A stretch of DNA of 64,000 nt, taken from assembly GCA_054600435.1 (NCBI GenBank), contig BAAIJX010000070.1, positions 1-64,000 of the forward strand, read 5' to 3'. This DNA is from Neophaeotheca triangularis. Taxonomy: Eukaryota. The first letter of the stretch is position 1. Every line of letters begins with the position of its first letter. The notes below the pieces were generated by a model. That model saw only the letters and a list, made by a program, of their open reading frames with translations. It ran no database searches and was not told where the DNA came from. Shown here piece after piece: positions 26,422-37,423 of the stretch. The translations under genes and the position numbers were made by a program.

Positions 26422-27164
26422 GGCAGTAGTGAAGAAGATCACTAAACGCAGTGCCCTCGCCAGTAAACTCCTAGTCGAATTGAATTGTTGCAGAGAGACA
26501 AGGAGAGCAGTTCAGGATCTGAGGATCTGGAGTGAAAGTATAGTGAGGTTATGTAAGCGCCAAGGATACCTCATCTTGACCTCCTCATCATCCCGTATGT
26601 TACCCTCCAACAGGGAGCATAAGGTTGTGATTCAATACCTATATGCCTATCCCTCGTATCGCTACGACGAGAAATAATGAATGCGGCGCAAATCCGCCAG
26701 CGTAGCATTCAGCCCAATGCCTTAGTGTGAAGCCGCAACGTCACTTCCTTTGTTGGCGGTGGTAAGGTAGCTTGAAAGCCGGGCGTTGTCCATTGACGAA
26801 CGTCCAGGGGAACAAAGGCAAGGCCGGCTACGTAATCACGAATCTAGACATGAGAGACATGGAGTTAATTGGGGTGGTTCAGCAATTTTCGCTACCGTCT
26901 AACCGGCACCCCAGGCATCGATCACCCTACTGGAGTAACTCGAATGCCAAAACACCGGCCTCTCGGATCTGGCGCAAGGTCGAGACTGCTGCCGTGTGCC
27001 GGAGCAGAGGACTTGGAGCGCAACCGCCCCGTCGAAGAAACAACACAAAAGCAAAAGAGTCCCACCAGACCTTGTTGAAAGCCTGAATGTGACGAGATAT
27101 CCAAAGTCGGAATGGCTTCTCCCATCCTCGGCTTCCACTCGCCTCCTGCTCATGCCATCCCACT

Positions 27165-29807
27165 TTACCTGTTCTTCCCCACGAAATGCTCTGCCTCCCA
27201 GCCAAACCTCATGTTCAATCTCTTTCCCATGGCCCGCAGCAGCAACCAGGACACAATCGGCTTTGGGTGTGGTCGATGGAAGATGATCAGTGGTTTAGCC
27301 TGGTCTTGAACGCCTCCTCTCCCCAGCCTGAACACCACTGCCGATCCTTTACTCTGGGACATTGACATGCCGGCGCTAACCAATGCCGCAGCGACTTCGT
27401 CGAAGCGGGCAGACCCGCCGACTTTTCGCTTGCCACTGGCCGACGGGAGCATAGCAGTCAAAATCTCTAAATTGCTTTCCTTGACCTCCACCGTTTGGCT
27501 TCCGGGGACGTTTTCCCGAGTCGGAGCAGGCTGTGCGTCGACGAAACGTTCCTGGTGTCGGGTAATCCCAGCAGCTCGTTGTGATTTGCCCTTGCGGGAC
27601 TTTCTTTTGTTTTTTGGGTTTTCGACAGTCTTTGGGGTGTCGGGAGGCCGTTGGGAATCCAAGTCATGGTCCTTGAAAACAGTCTCATCTACAGCCGCTG
27701 GCTCCGCGCGGACCCACACGAGAAGATTTTCTAGAATGAGCCTCTCGTTTTGCACCGTCTTCAGATAGGCAGGTGAGAGGTCTTGCGAGAGTAGTTGAAC
27801 ATGGTAGTCAACAGCCTCGGGCGTAAACCCGCGACCGCGGTATACAGCCGCCACGTTCTTCCGAGCCCCCGCGAAAAAAGCTGCTAGCTTCTCGCGCTTT
27901 TTAACGAGTTGCTCGTAGTGCTGGCGATCATTGTCCCAAGACGGCAACGGACACTCTGCGAAAGCCTTCAGAACATCCCCAATATTGCCTTGGTCAAAGA
28001 TGCCTAGTGCTTCCGACGGCTCCCGGCCATGGTGGGAAGGAGCGCATTGCCTCCAGAATGCCGAGCTTGGCCGCCTCTCCGCTGCTTCTGACCACGTAAG
28101 CTTTCCGGCTTTGACAGTATACTTTCTGACTATGCGATGGATATCTTGCATCGCTGCAAGGTCGTCGAGAAGCCGGTAGAGCGCCTCATCTATTCGAGAC
28201 TTCTCTGCGTCGTCGGATAAGCATGAGTCCAGGCGTGCGTGAAGAAGTTCGCTCGGAATTGAGAGGGGATCTTCATCGTCGAGTGAAAGCTGGTAGAGAC
28301 AATAGAACAAAGGATCCTGGCGATACATCCAAGCACCCTTGTCACTGGCCTCGGTGCCCTTTGAGTTCTCCGATGCTGCCTCGAAAATCAGATCGAGGTG
28401 CTGGCGCTGCGAGTCGTACACGAAATACCGTTCGAAGGCTGGCTGGCGCGCGATTCTCTCCCAGAGCTGCGCTTTCTGGGCCTCGATCGAGGTTGAAAGA
28501 AGCAGATCAAGGCAAGCCAAGGCATCTTCAAGGTGCTTTGGCGGGGGAGTCGACTCGATGCTGATCCCTGAGTTCCGCAGCACTTGTTCGCATTCTTCGG
28601 CGAGGAATCCCCAAACTTTGACTCGATGCAGGACGGTATTAGCCAGGTAAGTGGCTGCAGCGGCCCATTTACCTCCACGGACGGTTGCTTCATGAGCTCT
28701 ACCGATGTTGCTGGCCATGGAGAGCTGGACTATCATATGAGCGTACTCAATATCGGTCTGAGCCAGGATGATCTCGTCAGTAGCCTCTTCAAAGCGTGCT
28801 TTTGCGAGATCATGTAGCTCTGAGAGGCGAAGCGAGAGCTTCGTGGGCATTGACTGCGATTTGGGTGTCGATGTGCAGCTGGAAGCGAGGGCATCTTGCT
28901 GAATGACTGTCCCGGCGTCCTCGAGTATGGTGGAAGCTACCTTGTACAGGAACTCCGACAGAAGCTCTTGCGCTTCGAGCACCACCATGGCAAGGGGTAC
29001 ACACATCCTCTGAACTGGTTCCGCTTGATCAGCGTCGCAGGCCTGAACGCTACCGCGTTGTGTCCCTGACATAACTACGAACTTTCGGCTGAAGGCCAGT
29101 TCAAGCGCGCCGGCATGAAGACTGAACCTAAGATTTTCGAGATCTTCAACAAAAAGCTCTTCGGCGTAGAAATGAGTGCGATGCGCAAGGAGCTGGATCA
29201 AAAGCTCTGGGTCTGAGCTAAGGCTGTCGCGCGCCAGGTATGGAACGAGCCACGCGCGGCGCCGCTTTTTCGCAGCCTGCTGCCACCAGGAAGAATTGTG
29301 AATCGCATCCAGCTGCCAGTATTGCGAGGCGGGCATGTCTGGCATTGCGGCCTGGAGCAGAGCCATCCGCTTGGCGGGTGTTCGTCTTGTGAAAGTCCGT
29401 GTGACTTTGGGGCCGTAAGTGTTCAAAAGAGCTCGGAGATTGCTTTCCTTGCTTTTGATCGTCGCAGCACGAGTTGTGAACAGGCGCTGTGCTTGTTGAT
29501 CGTCGATATCGCTCTGGAAGATCTCTGCACAGCGTCGGGGAGCTTGATCGCCGCTGTCAAGGAGCGCGGCGTAAGGGTTGCTCTCGTCCATCTCCGCAGT
29601 TGTAAATGCGACGCTGAAGCATTCAGGCGTGCTCGTGACGTTGACGTGAGAGATGGAACGCTCAATACGCTCATGCGCGACCTTGGTCCGGCCATGTGCG
29701 CCGAGGTAGGCATGACGTTGCCTGTAGTCTTCTTCGACCAGTTGTTGTGGCAACAGCCTGGCTGGTCGGGCCGCCTGAGTGGCTGTGGTCTTATAGCGGC
29801 GGCCCAT
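27165..29807 (-). CDS. Family copy A: 880-aa uncharacterised protein with a C-terminal HicA-like domain
   Basis: Intact intronless ORF. Shares G.HGR, ESNPYA.LL, R.AWL.P.L and DPLFYCLYQL blocks with other copies. C-terminus RFDEVAAALVSAG...KGSAVVF...IIFHRPHP...MGKRLNMRFGW. Confidence 0.85.
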   Translation of the reverse strand: MGRRYKTTATQAARPARLLPQQLVEEDYRQRHAYLGAHGRTKVAHERIERSISHVNVTSTPECFSVAFTTAEMDESNPYAALLDSGDQAPRRCAEIFQSDIDDQQAQRLFTTRAATIKSKESNLRALLNTYGPKVTRTFTRRTPAKRMALLQAAMPDMPASQYWQLDAIHNSSWWQQAAKKRRRAWLVPYLARDSLSSDPELLIQLLAHRTHFYAEELFVEDLENLRFSLHAGALELAFSRKFVVMSGTQRGSVQACDADQAEPVQRMCVPLAMVVLEAQELLSEFLYKVASTILEDAGTVIQQDALASSCTSTPKSQSMPTKLSLRLSELHDLAKARFEEATDEIILAQTDIEYAHMIVQLSMASNIGRAHEATVRGGKWAAAATYLANTVLHRVKVWGFLAEECEQVLRNSGISIESTPPPKHLEDALACLDLLLSTSIEAQKAQLWERIARQPAFERYFVYDSQRQHLDLIFEAASENSKGTEASDKGAWMYRQDPLFYCLYQLSLDDEDPLSIPSELLHARLDSCLSDDAEKSRIDEALYRLLDDLAAMQDIHRIVRKYTVKAGKLTWSEAAERRPSSAFWRQCAPSHHGREPSEALGIFDQGNIGDVLKAFAECPLPSWDNDRQHYEQLVKKREKLAAFFAGARKNVAAVYRGRGFTPEAVDYHVQLLSQDLSPAYLKTVQNERLILENLLVWVRAEPAAVDETVFKDHDLDSQRPPDTPKTVENPKNKRKSRKGKSQRAAGITRHQERFVDAQPAPTRENVPGSQTVEVKESNLEILTAMLPSASGKRKVGGSARFDEVAAALVSAGMSMSQSKGSAVVFRLGRGGVQDQAKPLIIFHRPHPKPIVSWLLLRAMGKRLNMRFGWEAEHFVGKNR

Positions 29808-30759
29808 GTTGAAAGTTGGCGGCTATTTGCTGAAGGAGCGCGGGCAGCTGTCAGTCAATGGTCGATGTCGTGATATACTCGTGATTGTCGATATGTTAGG
29901 GCAGAGAGGAAAACGGTAGAGCTATCAAAAGGTCGATCGTGTGGTTGCTGAAACACTGTAGGTGGAATATTGAAAGTAGGGAGTCGCGGAGGTTGTAGAG
30001 TTGAAGCTCGCGAAAGGAACCTCGAAAGCAAGAGGGTAGTCAAGGCAGCAATATTCGATCATTCACTTCACCAGCCACGGGGCGCTAGCGTGCAAGCCTT
30101 CCAGCTTGGCACACCGGCGACATGGCTGGGGGGCGTTGGCCAAGAGACAGCTGCTCCGTACGCCATGAGTTTGTACTGTCGCTGTGGTACAATCTGCTGC
30201 TGGCTGTCTTCGTGAGGACGTAGCTGTCGTGGAACTACCTTGCTGAGAGCAGGACCATTGCACTCCGCGACCAAGCCATGATTACCGTTGAAGAGCTAGG
30301 AGCTGTTGCCAACACGTCAAGTTTGGGTCTTGACAGTGTACGTAGCGGGTCCAAATACCATCATTGGTGTTGTTCAGGCGTACAGAGCCACGGTGCCGAG
30401 CGGGCAAGAGAAGGGTAAGTGGGAATATTGGGGAGAAGTGCCGAAATTGACACTGCACGGAAAAGCAGGCAGGGGAAGGTTAAATGAGAAATGCTGAGGA
30501 GACGGCGCAAGGATATTGCACGGAAGAGTGCAATAGGTACATCTAGGTAGAGAGGAATAAAGACGTTCGCAGTCTTAACCCCGGCTTGTACTGACAACGA
30601 CCCCATGAACACTCAGCAGATGAGTTTGCAAGTCTCCACAAAGAAATGTAACGATGTAAGGAACGCTCTCAACAATTTCAACCCAGCCTCCAGAGGTACC
30701 AAGAACCCCAGCAAGCGGCTCCCAAACCCCCCTTTCGGCCCCAAGACAATAGCAAGTCT

Positions 30760-31160
30760 TTAGGCACTCTTTCTCAAATGCCTCAAAGAGAATTCCTCGA
30801 CAGATGAATCCGTTTCAAAGCCAAACTCACTGCAGAGCATTCTCCCGATTCCCCTGAGCCGGTATAGAGAGAAGTCCCCATCCGGGTGCGGCTTGTCCAG
30901 GTTGAAGGTCATGGGTCTCTTGAGCTCATCCCCCTTTTTAGAGAAAGTATAGCTTGACCCTCCCCTCGGGGCCTCGACGTGCACTTGGAGCCGATGTTCT
31001 GCCAAGCCGCGAGAAGCTAAGGTCCACGAGACTTCGGCGCCTCGAGTATCTAGATATAAGCGCACGGAGCTTGTCCTCGTTGCTGTTGAAATAACGTCGC
31101 TTCACTAGTGTAGTATATACAAGTGGGGCCCCTAGAAATTGGAAGGTCGTGAAGTCCATA
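30760..31160 (-). pseudogene. Family copy B: stand-alone HicA-like domain fragment with a 1-nt frameshift
   Basis: FNSNEDKLRAL / YLDTRGAEVSW...PRGGSSYTFSKK...MTFNLDKPHPDG...LRGIGRML. Frame change near 31058. Confidence 0.65.
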
Positions 31161-31276
31161 TGCCTGTCCAACTACCACAGTGTTCTGAAAGACCAACTTC
31201 CACCGCAACACACGGCGGTGAGAACCCCAATCCCTCCTCCACTCCATCTCGAGTGTTTCCTCAGCAAGCCCTTTTA

Positions 31277-32400
31277 TCAATCTTCCGCCGCAACAAAAGA
31301 TTCGGGCCCCAGCTCATACAAATCGTGCAACAAGTTGCCAATGTATCTAAGCTGCCACATGTACAGTCTCCCGTCGGGATGCCGCTTGTGTACGTTGAAG
31401 CTCATCTTGTCGCAGGGGCCGTCGTCGTTTTTACTAAACTTGTGGACAGAGCCTCCTCTCGGTTTGCACGTGAGCTTGCAGTCACCGAAAGCGGCTACGA
31501 GCTTCTTCCAATCGTAGCTCAATTTCGCGTGATTGGCATCCGAAGTGGCTGTAAACATGGCGTGCAGAATCGGGAGATTCTTGGCCTTGACCACGAAGGG
31601 CACGCGTCGATCAGGCTGCGTACCGGGCTCTGGCTTTAGCTCCGGCTCGGGTGGAGGCGGTGTTGCTGATCGCTGCGGGTTCAGCAGCTGACCCTCTCTC
31701 TTTGTGAGCAGCCTTGCCTGAAAGGTAATCTCTTCGTGGGCCCATTCGAGCTGATTGTCTTGAGCCTGCGTCAACACATCGCTGCTTTGACGCTTCTTTG
31801 CAAGCAATGGAACCGGCAGTGGCATCGGCTCTTCGCTAATCCGTGCTCCCAGCCCGGCGAACTTATCTGCCGGAACGTCTTTTTGTCGACTGTGGAAATC
31901 GCAAGCTTCGCGCATTCTTGACCAAAGTTCCGTCAATGACCTCTGCTTTGCTGCAGCTTGAGCGACGTACTCTTCATTGCGCGGACCTTTTGGTAGGGGC
32001 ATCTAGTTGAACGTTTCAACGCATGGCACCATCCTACCGTAGTCGTTTTCGTTGAACGACGGCCTCATCAGTGCACAAAAGCTCGGGGCCAAGCACGGCA
32101 GGTCAAGGGGTAATGTTTCGCGGCTCATCAGGACACGGGAGCAAGCGAAAAGCCTGAAGTATCGCAGGAGTTCTCGAGCACCCTCAGCCTCTCCATGGCC
32201 TCCACGGAGCAGGGTGCCACACCATGTTTTCTTGCATGAGAAGCCTCTTCCAGAGGTTGAGTGAACAGACTGTGTATATTCCGAAGGTTGAGGGCAAACG
32301 GGTCGAAACAGTCTCCGAGAAGTTGACGGACACACCAGTAATCGGGCTCCGATCCGAGCACGGAGATTGCTTGACTCCGTCCAGGTTGTTGTCTCTTGGT
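31277..32400 (-). pseudogene. Family copy C: 5'-truncated and disrupted, retains the HicA-like C-terminal domain
   Basis: EPDYWCVRQLLGDCFDPFAL...ERLRVLE aligns with the DP.FY..YQL block of A and E. Frameshift ~32170. In-frame TAG at 32003-32005 directly before MPLPKG. Ends WKKLVAAF...PRGGSVHKF...VHKRHPDG. Confidence 0.75.
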
Positions 32401-33238
32401 TCGGATAATTGTCCCAGTGACAGTGGTGGCAGATGGCGCACATGCGCTTCGCCAGGAATCAGTCGTGAGGACGTTGCCTGTTGAAGCTAAGCTGATTAAG
32501 AGGGTAAGCACTGCGCTAGTACAATTTGTAAAAGCAATGGTCATGGCGAAGATAGTCTTCAACAAATTGGGTAGTCTCTTCGGATCCCACTGACGAGTTG
32601 TGGGGTGTAGTATACGGATTTGCGCTTAGGGTATACCTAGGTAGAATGTGGAATACAAACGACGACATGTAGTTGACTAGTAGTCAGTCTAGAATTGACG
32701 ATGGTGACCAAACCCCAACACCGTGAAGTAGATGTATCCACTCGCGAGCTAAAAGGGCTTAAACTTACTAAGAAAAATGTTTGCCACCCCCAATCAACGC
32801 TACTTGTCCCAGGGTGGCCTATGCTGTCTACTGCCGCTTTACTAGTTCGGCTTTGATCCTAAAGTGCTGCATTTGGTAGGGCTTGTCAGGCTAGGGAATT
32901 TCGTTGTTGGCGGCTCTACGTTTGCTTGGTCACAGGTTTGTTGTTCGGAACAGGTAGTTCGCTCAAAGTATATAGGGCTTTATTCAGAAGTCCTGTTCGA
33001 GAGGGCTGGACAACGGAGTGTTCGGCGGAAAGTAGGCAGCGGAGTAGGGCGGTGATTAGATGGGGTACCGAATTTGAAGAAGAAATAGGTAAAAGTGTAG
33101 ACGATTTTGTGAGGATATACCTAGTGAAAGCGGACGCGAGGCAAGAAACCGAGTTTGGCAAGCGGCCGTGGTAGAAGCGGTGGGTTTTGGTGTTCTATTG
33201 TCGTTAGTAGTTGTCAAGGAGCTAGCCCAGACCGAAGC

Positions 33239-34849
33239 CTAGATCCCAAAGACCTTGCCCAACAGGTACGTCCCAAAAACATCCTCCCCAGGGCTCTTGA
33301 CACAGCGCCTCAAGCGGTTGCCACTACGCGCACTTAACCAGTTACCCGTATCGCCCGGCACCTCGGTCAAACTCTCTTCCTCCCTCCGCCTCCGACTCCT
33401 GCCATCAGTCACGCACATCCCACGAGTCCACTGCCCAGTAGTCTCAACACGAACATCCTCCTCAGTGACCAGCTCCCAACCGCCAGCGGCAACGCGGTCT
33501 TTGCCGATGATGGAGGGCTCGAGAGACGTCAAGACATACCATACGCACAGCGGGTCATGGAGTTCTAAGCCCACGGCGTCGCCCGAGACGTTTGTTTGCA
33601 GAGTTTCGACTTTGGCGAACGTGGCCGATAGCCAGGCGTGGGTCCATTCGGCTAACGGGCTGCCGGCTGCGAGGAGTGGTTGCATGGTTGTGTTGTACTC
33701 ACCGCGGGTTAGGACGTGAGGGGAGGTTATGTCGAGGGGGAAGAGGGTTACAGAGAGTTGGCGCCAGAGCTTTTCCGGGGGGTAGGGACCTTGGTGCGGA
33801 GGGTGCGGGTGCGGGTTTTGAAGACCGCTGGCTGTGGGCAGGGTTGGGGGCATGGTCGTAGCGGGTTGGGGAGAGGTCAAGGCGTAGAGTCTTGCTGCCG
33901 CCACTGAGTCGGCGAAGGTGTTGAATTCGGCTACGGGTGTCATCTGAGAGAGAAGAGTAGAGGTTAGCTTTCGAGGCCCGGTGTTCGGCCGGGCAGAATT
34001 TGGGAGACTTACATTCCCCACGTGGTTGACGTTGCCGCCCATTACCACAACCTCCTTAACTTTCAGGAAAGTTTCCGGGTCCTGCGCAGCAGCCATGGCA
34101 CAGTTGGTAAGAGGGCCAACCGCTACAATAGTGATCTCATCAGTCTGGTGCTCACGCAGCAATCGCAAAATCTCGTCATGTCCAGCAACGCGAGAGGGTG
34201 TGAAAAGGGACACTTTGCTGCGCAGCTCGTCTGCGAGGTCATGTTGGGATTGGTGGTCCGATTTATCAGCGGCGTCGACGATATCTTTCCAGGTTTCTGC
34301 CGGGGTGAGGTGGGGGTGCTGAGTGGTTGTCAGTGATGAACGTCAGAGCGCTGAATGGAAGCAAAGGGAGTCTACTCACACTCTCATGAACACCACCAAG
34401 GCCGTCAGTACCGTCTGCAAACCCAGGTCAGCATCGATTGCCACCAGTGAAGAAGACCAGTTTAACAAGACAAGCTTACGGAAGAAGTCAGCCATAAGCA
34501 TGGCATCGGTCAAAGGCTTCTCAGGCCCAACAGCGACGAGAGGCTTCACATTCTTCAAGCACTCAAAGCCTTCATCCTTGCCATTTGCTTTCCGCCAGGC
34601 GATCTCGCGCTCGATGTGGTGGAAGAGGGCTACGACGTTACGAAGACAGTTTTCGACGTCAATGTTGCCGTAGGTGACGGAGATGAGGAGAACCTCTAGC
34701 TCCGACGGGAGGGCTGAGAGGGCCAACAGAATGGCGAGGATGTCGTCGCAGCCCTATACGGAGAGATCGTTAGAGGATGTAGAGGGGGTGGAGTAGGGTA
34801 AGGGTGAGAGTACCGGGTCGGTGTCGATGATGACCTTTTTGGGTGCCAT
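33239..34849 (-). CDS. Inosine/uridine-preferring nucleoside hydrolase
   Basis: MAPKKVIIDTDP|GCDDILA, VTYGN, VAVGPLTN, VVMGG, AEFN, LHDPLCVWY. Several introns. Confidence 0.92.
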
Positions 34850-35473
34850 GATGTGTGGTAAGAGGGAGTTTGGTGTGGATAGATTAGGAGACTAAAGAGA
34901 CATGCTTTTATAATTGTATCTTCTTGCCAAGTATCAGTGTATGCCTGACCAGGCGAGAGAAGAGGTGTAGTCGTCGGTAGCCGACGATAACGATTTCTTA
35001 TCTATCCCACGAGTTTCGCCCGGCAGCCCCCACCGAGGATCAACTAGTCTTGGCACAGGGAGCCCGCGGCGAAGGACGGGCACAGACCACGGCGTCGAAT
35101 ACATAAGAATTTGCACACTTTCGCACCTCTCTCCTCTCCTTTCCTCTTTCTTTCTTCCATACAATGTCATACAGGCCACCAATAGAGTCTCGGTGCGAAT
35201 CAGTTCAGTACTTGCACAGGTCCCCTCGAGGGCCTCCTTTTAGCGTGCTCCGGCGGCCTAAGAACAATTTCGGAAGAAAGGCGTCTCTTTATTTACTCCA
35301 CCCTGGATTATAAGGGGTGTGAGTCAGATGGGGGCGTCACAATCATAAATTTCTCAACATTTCAGTGTTTTTCTTATGTTAGGTACAGCTTGAGATGATT
35401 CTATGAGGTGTAGATGAGAGGGAAATTGACTGGATATGGCTTCGATCGCAGCGGGTCATGTCTTGCCAGGTTA

Positions 35474-35988
35474 TTACTGTCCATTGGCGCGCTGCCTCAT
35501 CTTCAATCTGAGCAGTACCATCAGCTTTAGGGACGAAGACTGTTGAACACGACATCTGATGATGGCCTGCCTACTTCAGCAAGTTGGCTTTTGGACAGCT
35601 CACGGTGCTCGCCTCATCGCCTTGTCGCTGGTAGAAGAGATTGCAGCACTCGTACAGAGCATCGATCTGGGAGAGATTTCGTCCGTCAGTTTTGCGTGTA
35701 GAACAGTCGAAACGGCGCTGGAAAGATCTCTCACTTCCTTCTGGCACTTTTCCTCCTTGTAGCCGGTTTTAGTAAGGCAAGCTGTAGGCTGTCAATGTCT
35801 TTTTACTTTTCGCTGCTTGCGAATGCTTGCACCGTACATTGTATAGCACATGCCTGTGGGTGACAAGGAGGTTCACTCTTCAAGCCTTCTTCGGGTGCCT
35901 GTGGCGGTCGAGGGTGACCGGTTAGCTGGGTGAATAATGAGAGGAGAGCAGGTATTCGATATACACGTGTCTCTGATGTACCTACCAT
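35474..35988 (-). CDS. CMC4: Small twin-Cx9C mitochondrial protein (Cmc4/MTCP1 family)
   Basis: Assembled by hand: ATG micro-exon | APEEGLKSEPPCHPQACAIQ | .CLTKTGYKEEKCQKE | IDALYECCNLFYQRQGDEASTVSCPKANLL | KLKMRQRANGQ*. Confidence 0.8.
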
Positions 35989-36646
35989 AATGTGAATGCT
36001 GTAAATGCTGTAATATGAATGAATAACAACCCCTTTCAAAAAAGGCAAGTTTCTAGAAAAGGCGCGCGAGGGTAGTATCGGTACGTAGCGTAGCACCTGC
36101 CTCACTACTACAGACTGAGAGAACGACAGCGAGAGTGAGGTGTGGCTTGGCGGCAGTCGGACATGGCGACCCCACCAGCACAAGGAACCTACTAGTACCT
36201 TACCTAAGGTACCTTACCTTTACCTTGACTACCTTACCTACACTACCTTACCCTTGACCTTGATTTCCCTCCCCTCCAAACAACAACAACACCAACAACA
36301 ACAACTTCGGCGAGGCTCCCAGATTGCTGTCGTCAAGTCGTCAAAGTGAGTAAGTATTCCCCCTTCCTGTTCACAGTAAACAAGCCTTGCATCCACACTG
36401 GACCGGCAAAGCTGCGGGCTGCCGCAATGCTTACACGGTAAATCGATCGCCTCATGCTCACCAGCCTCACTGACCACCGTGAGCAAGACGCGCCCGCGCC
36501 ACTTATCAAACCAACACGGCTAACACCGCGCAAAGTCTAGGTACTCCAGGCGACGACCTCGAATAAACCCGCGCGCAACCATCTCCCTCTAAACCTCCTC
36601 TCTCCCCGCAATCACGAACTCTTCACCACCACTCCCCACCAATAAC

Positions 36647-37011
36647 ATGTCCGAACCCTCTGCTTCCCCCGGCGGCGACAAGCCCGAAGAGCCCCAGCAG
36701 AGCGAACATCTCAACATCAAAGTCACCGACAACAACAACGAAGTCTTCTTCAAGATCAAGCGCACGACTCAGCTGAAGAAGCTCATGGACGCTTTCTGCG
36801 AGAGGCAAGGCAAGAGTCCCCAGACGGTGCGGTTTTTGTTCGATGGGCAGAGGGTTGTTGGCACGGATAACCCGGAGACGGTGAGTACTATACCAACAGC
36901 AGCTGCAAATTGCAGGCTGCAAGATGGATGGCATGCTGATACGTGACGCAGCTCGACATGCAAGATGGTGACACTCTAGAAGTCCACCAGGAGCAAATCG
37001 GTGGGTGCTAG
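36647..37011 (+). CDS. SMT3: SUMO precursor
   Basis: EHLNIKVTD...VFFKIKRTTQLKKLMDAFCERQG...VRFLFDG, intron ~36881-36951, then LDMQDGDTLEVHQEQIGG-C*. Confidence 0.97.
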
Positions 37012-37423
37012 TTGCGATATACTCGACTCTACTAGTATTTCCCGGCTCGACGTGACGACGACGACAACACCCCCCCAGTAAACGACTTCAACTACGACAT
37101 GAGAAAGATGAGAGTGCGCACTCCAGATGCTAAGTAAACATAGAGCTCAAGGCCGAGGCAGTCAAAAAGTCAACCGACTGGTTGCATGAGATGGTTTTGC
37201 TTCTGGCGTTGAGGCGACATTGACGGCGATGGCGGCGGCGATGCAAGGGGGCTGCGTCGCTATACAGTTTGCTTTGCTGTAGCAGTATCAAGTTCATCTC
37301 TGACGACCGAAGACTTAGCTGAGTAATTAATCCAATCACCATGCTATTAGCCAAGCCGCGCATTTCACTTACTCGGAGCGCATGGTTGCTATACCATTTA
37401 TCTCTACATCGCTTACAAAACAC

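Noticed and set aside
21980..29807. Functional link between MSH5 and the toxin-like array (meiotic drive)
   Set aside because: Proximity only. MSH5 sits among unrelated core genes.
36190..36305. TACCT(T) and CAA short repeats between CMC4 and SMT3; AAACATCC repeats at ~61910-61948
   Set aside because: Ordinary low-complexity promoter or UTR microsatellites.
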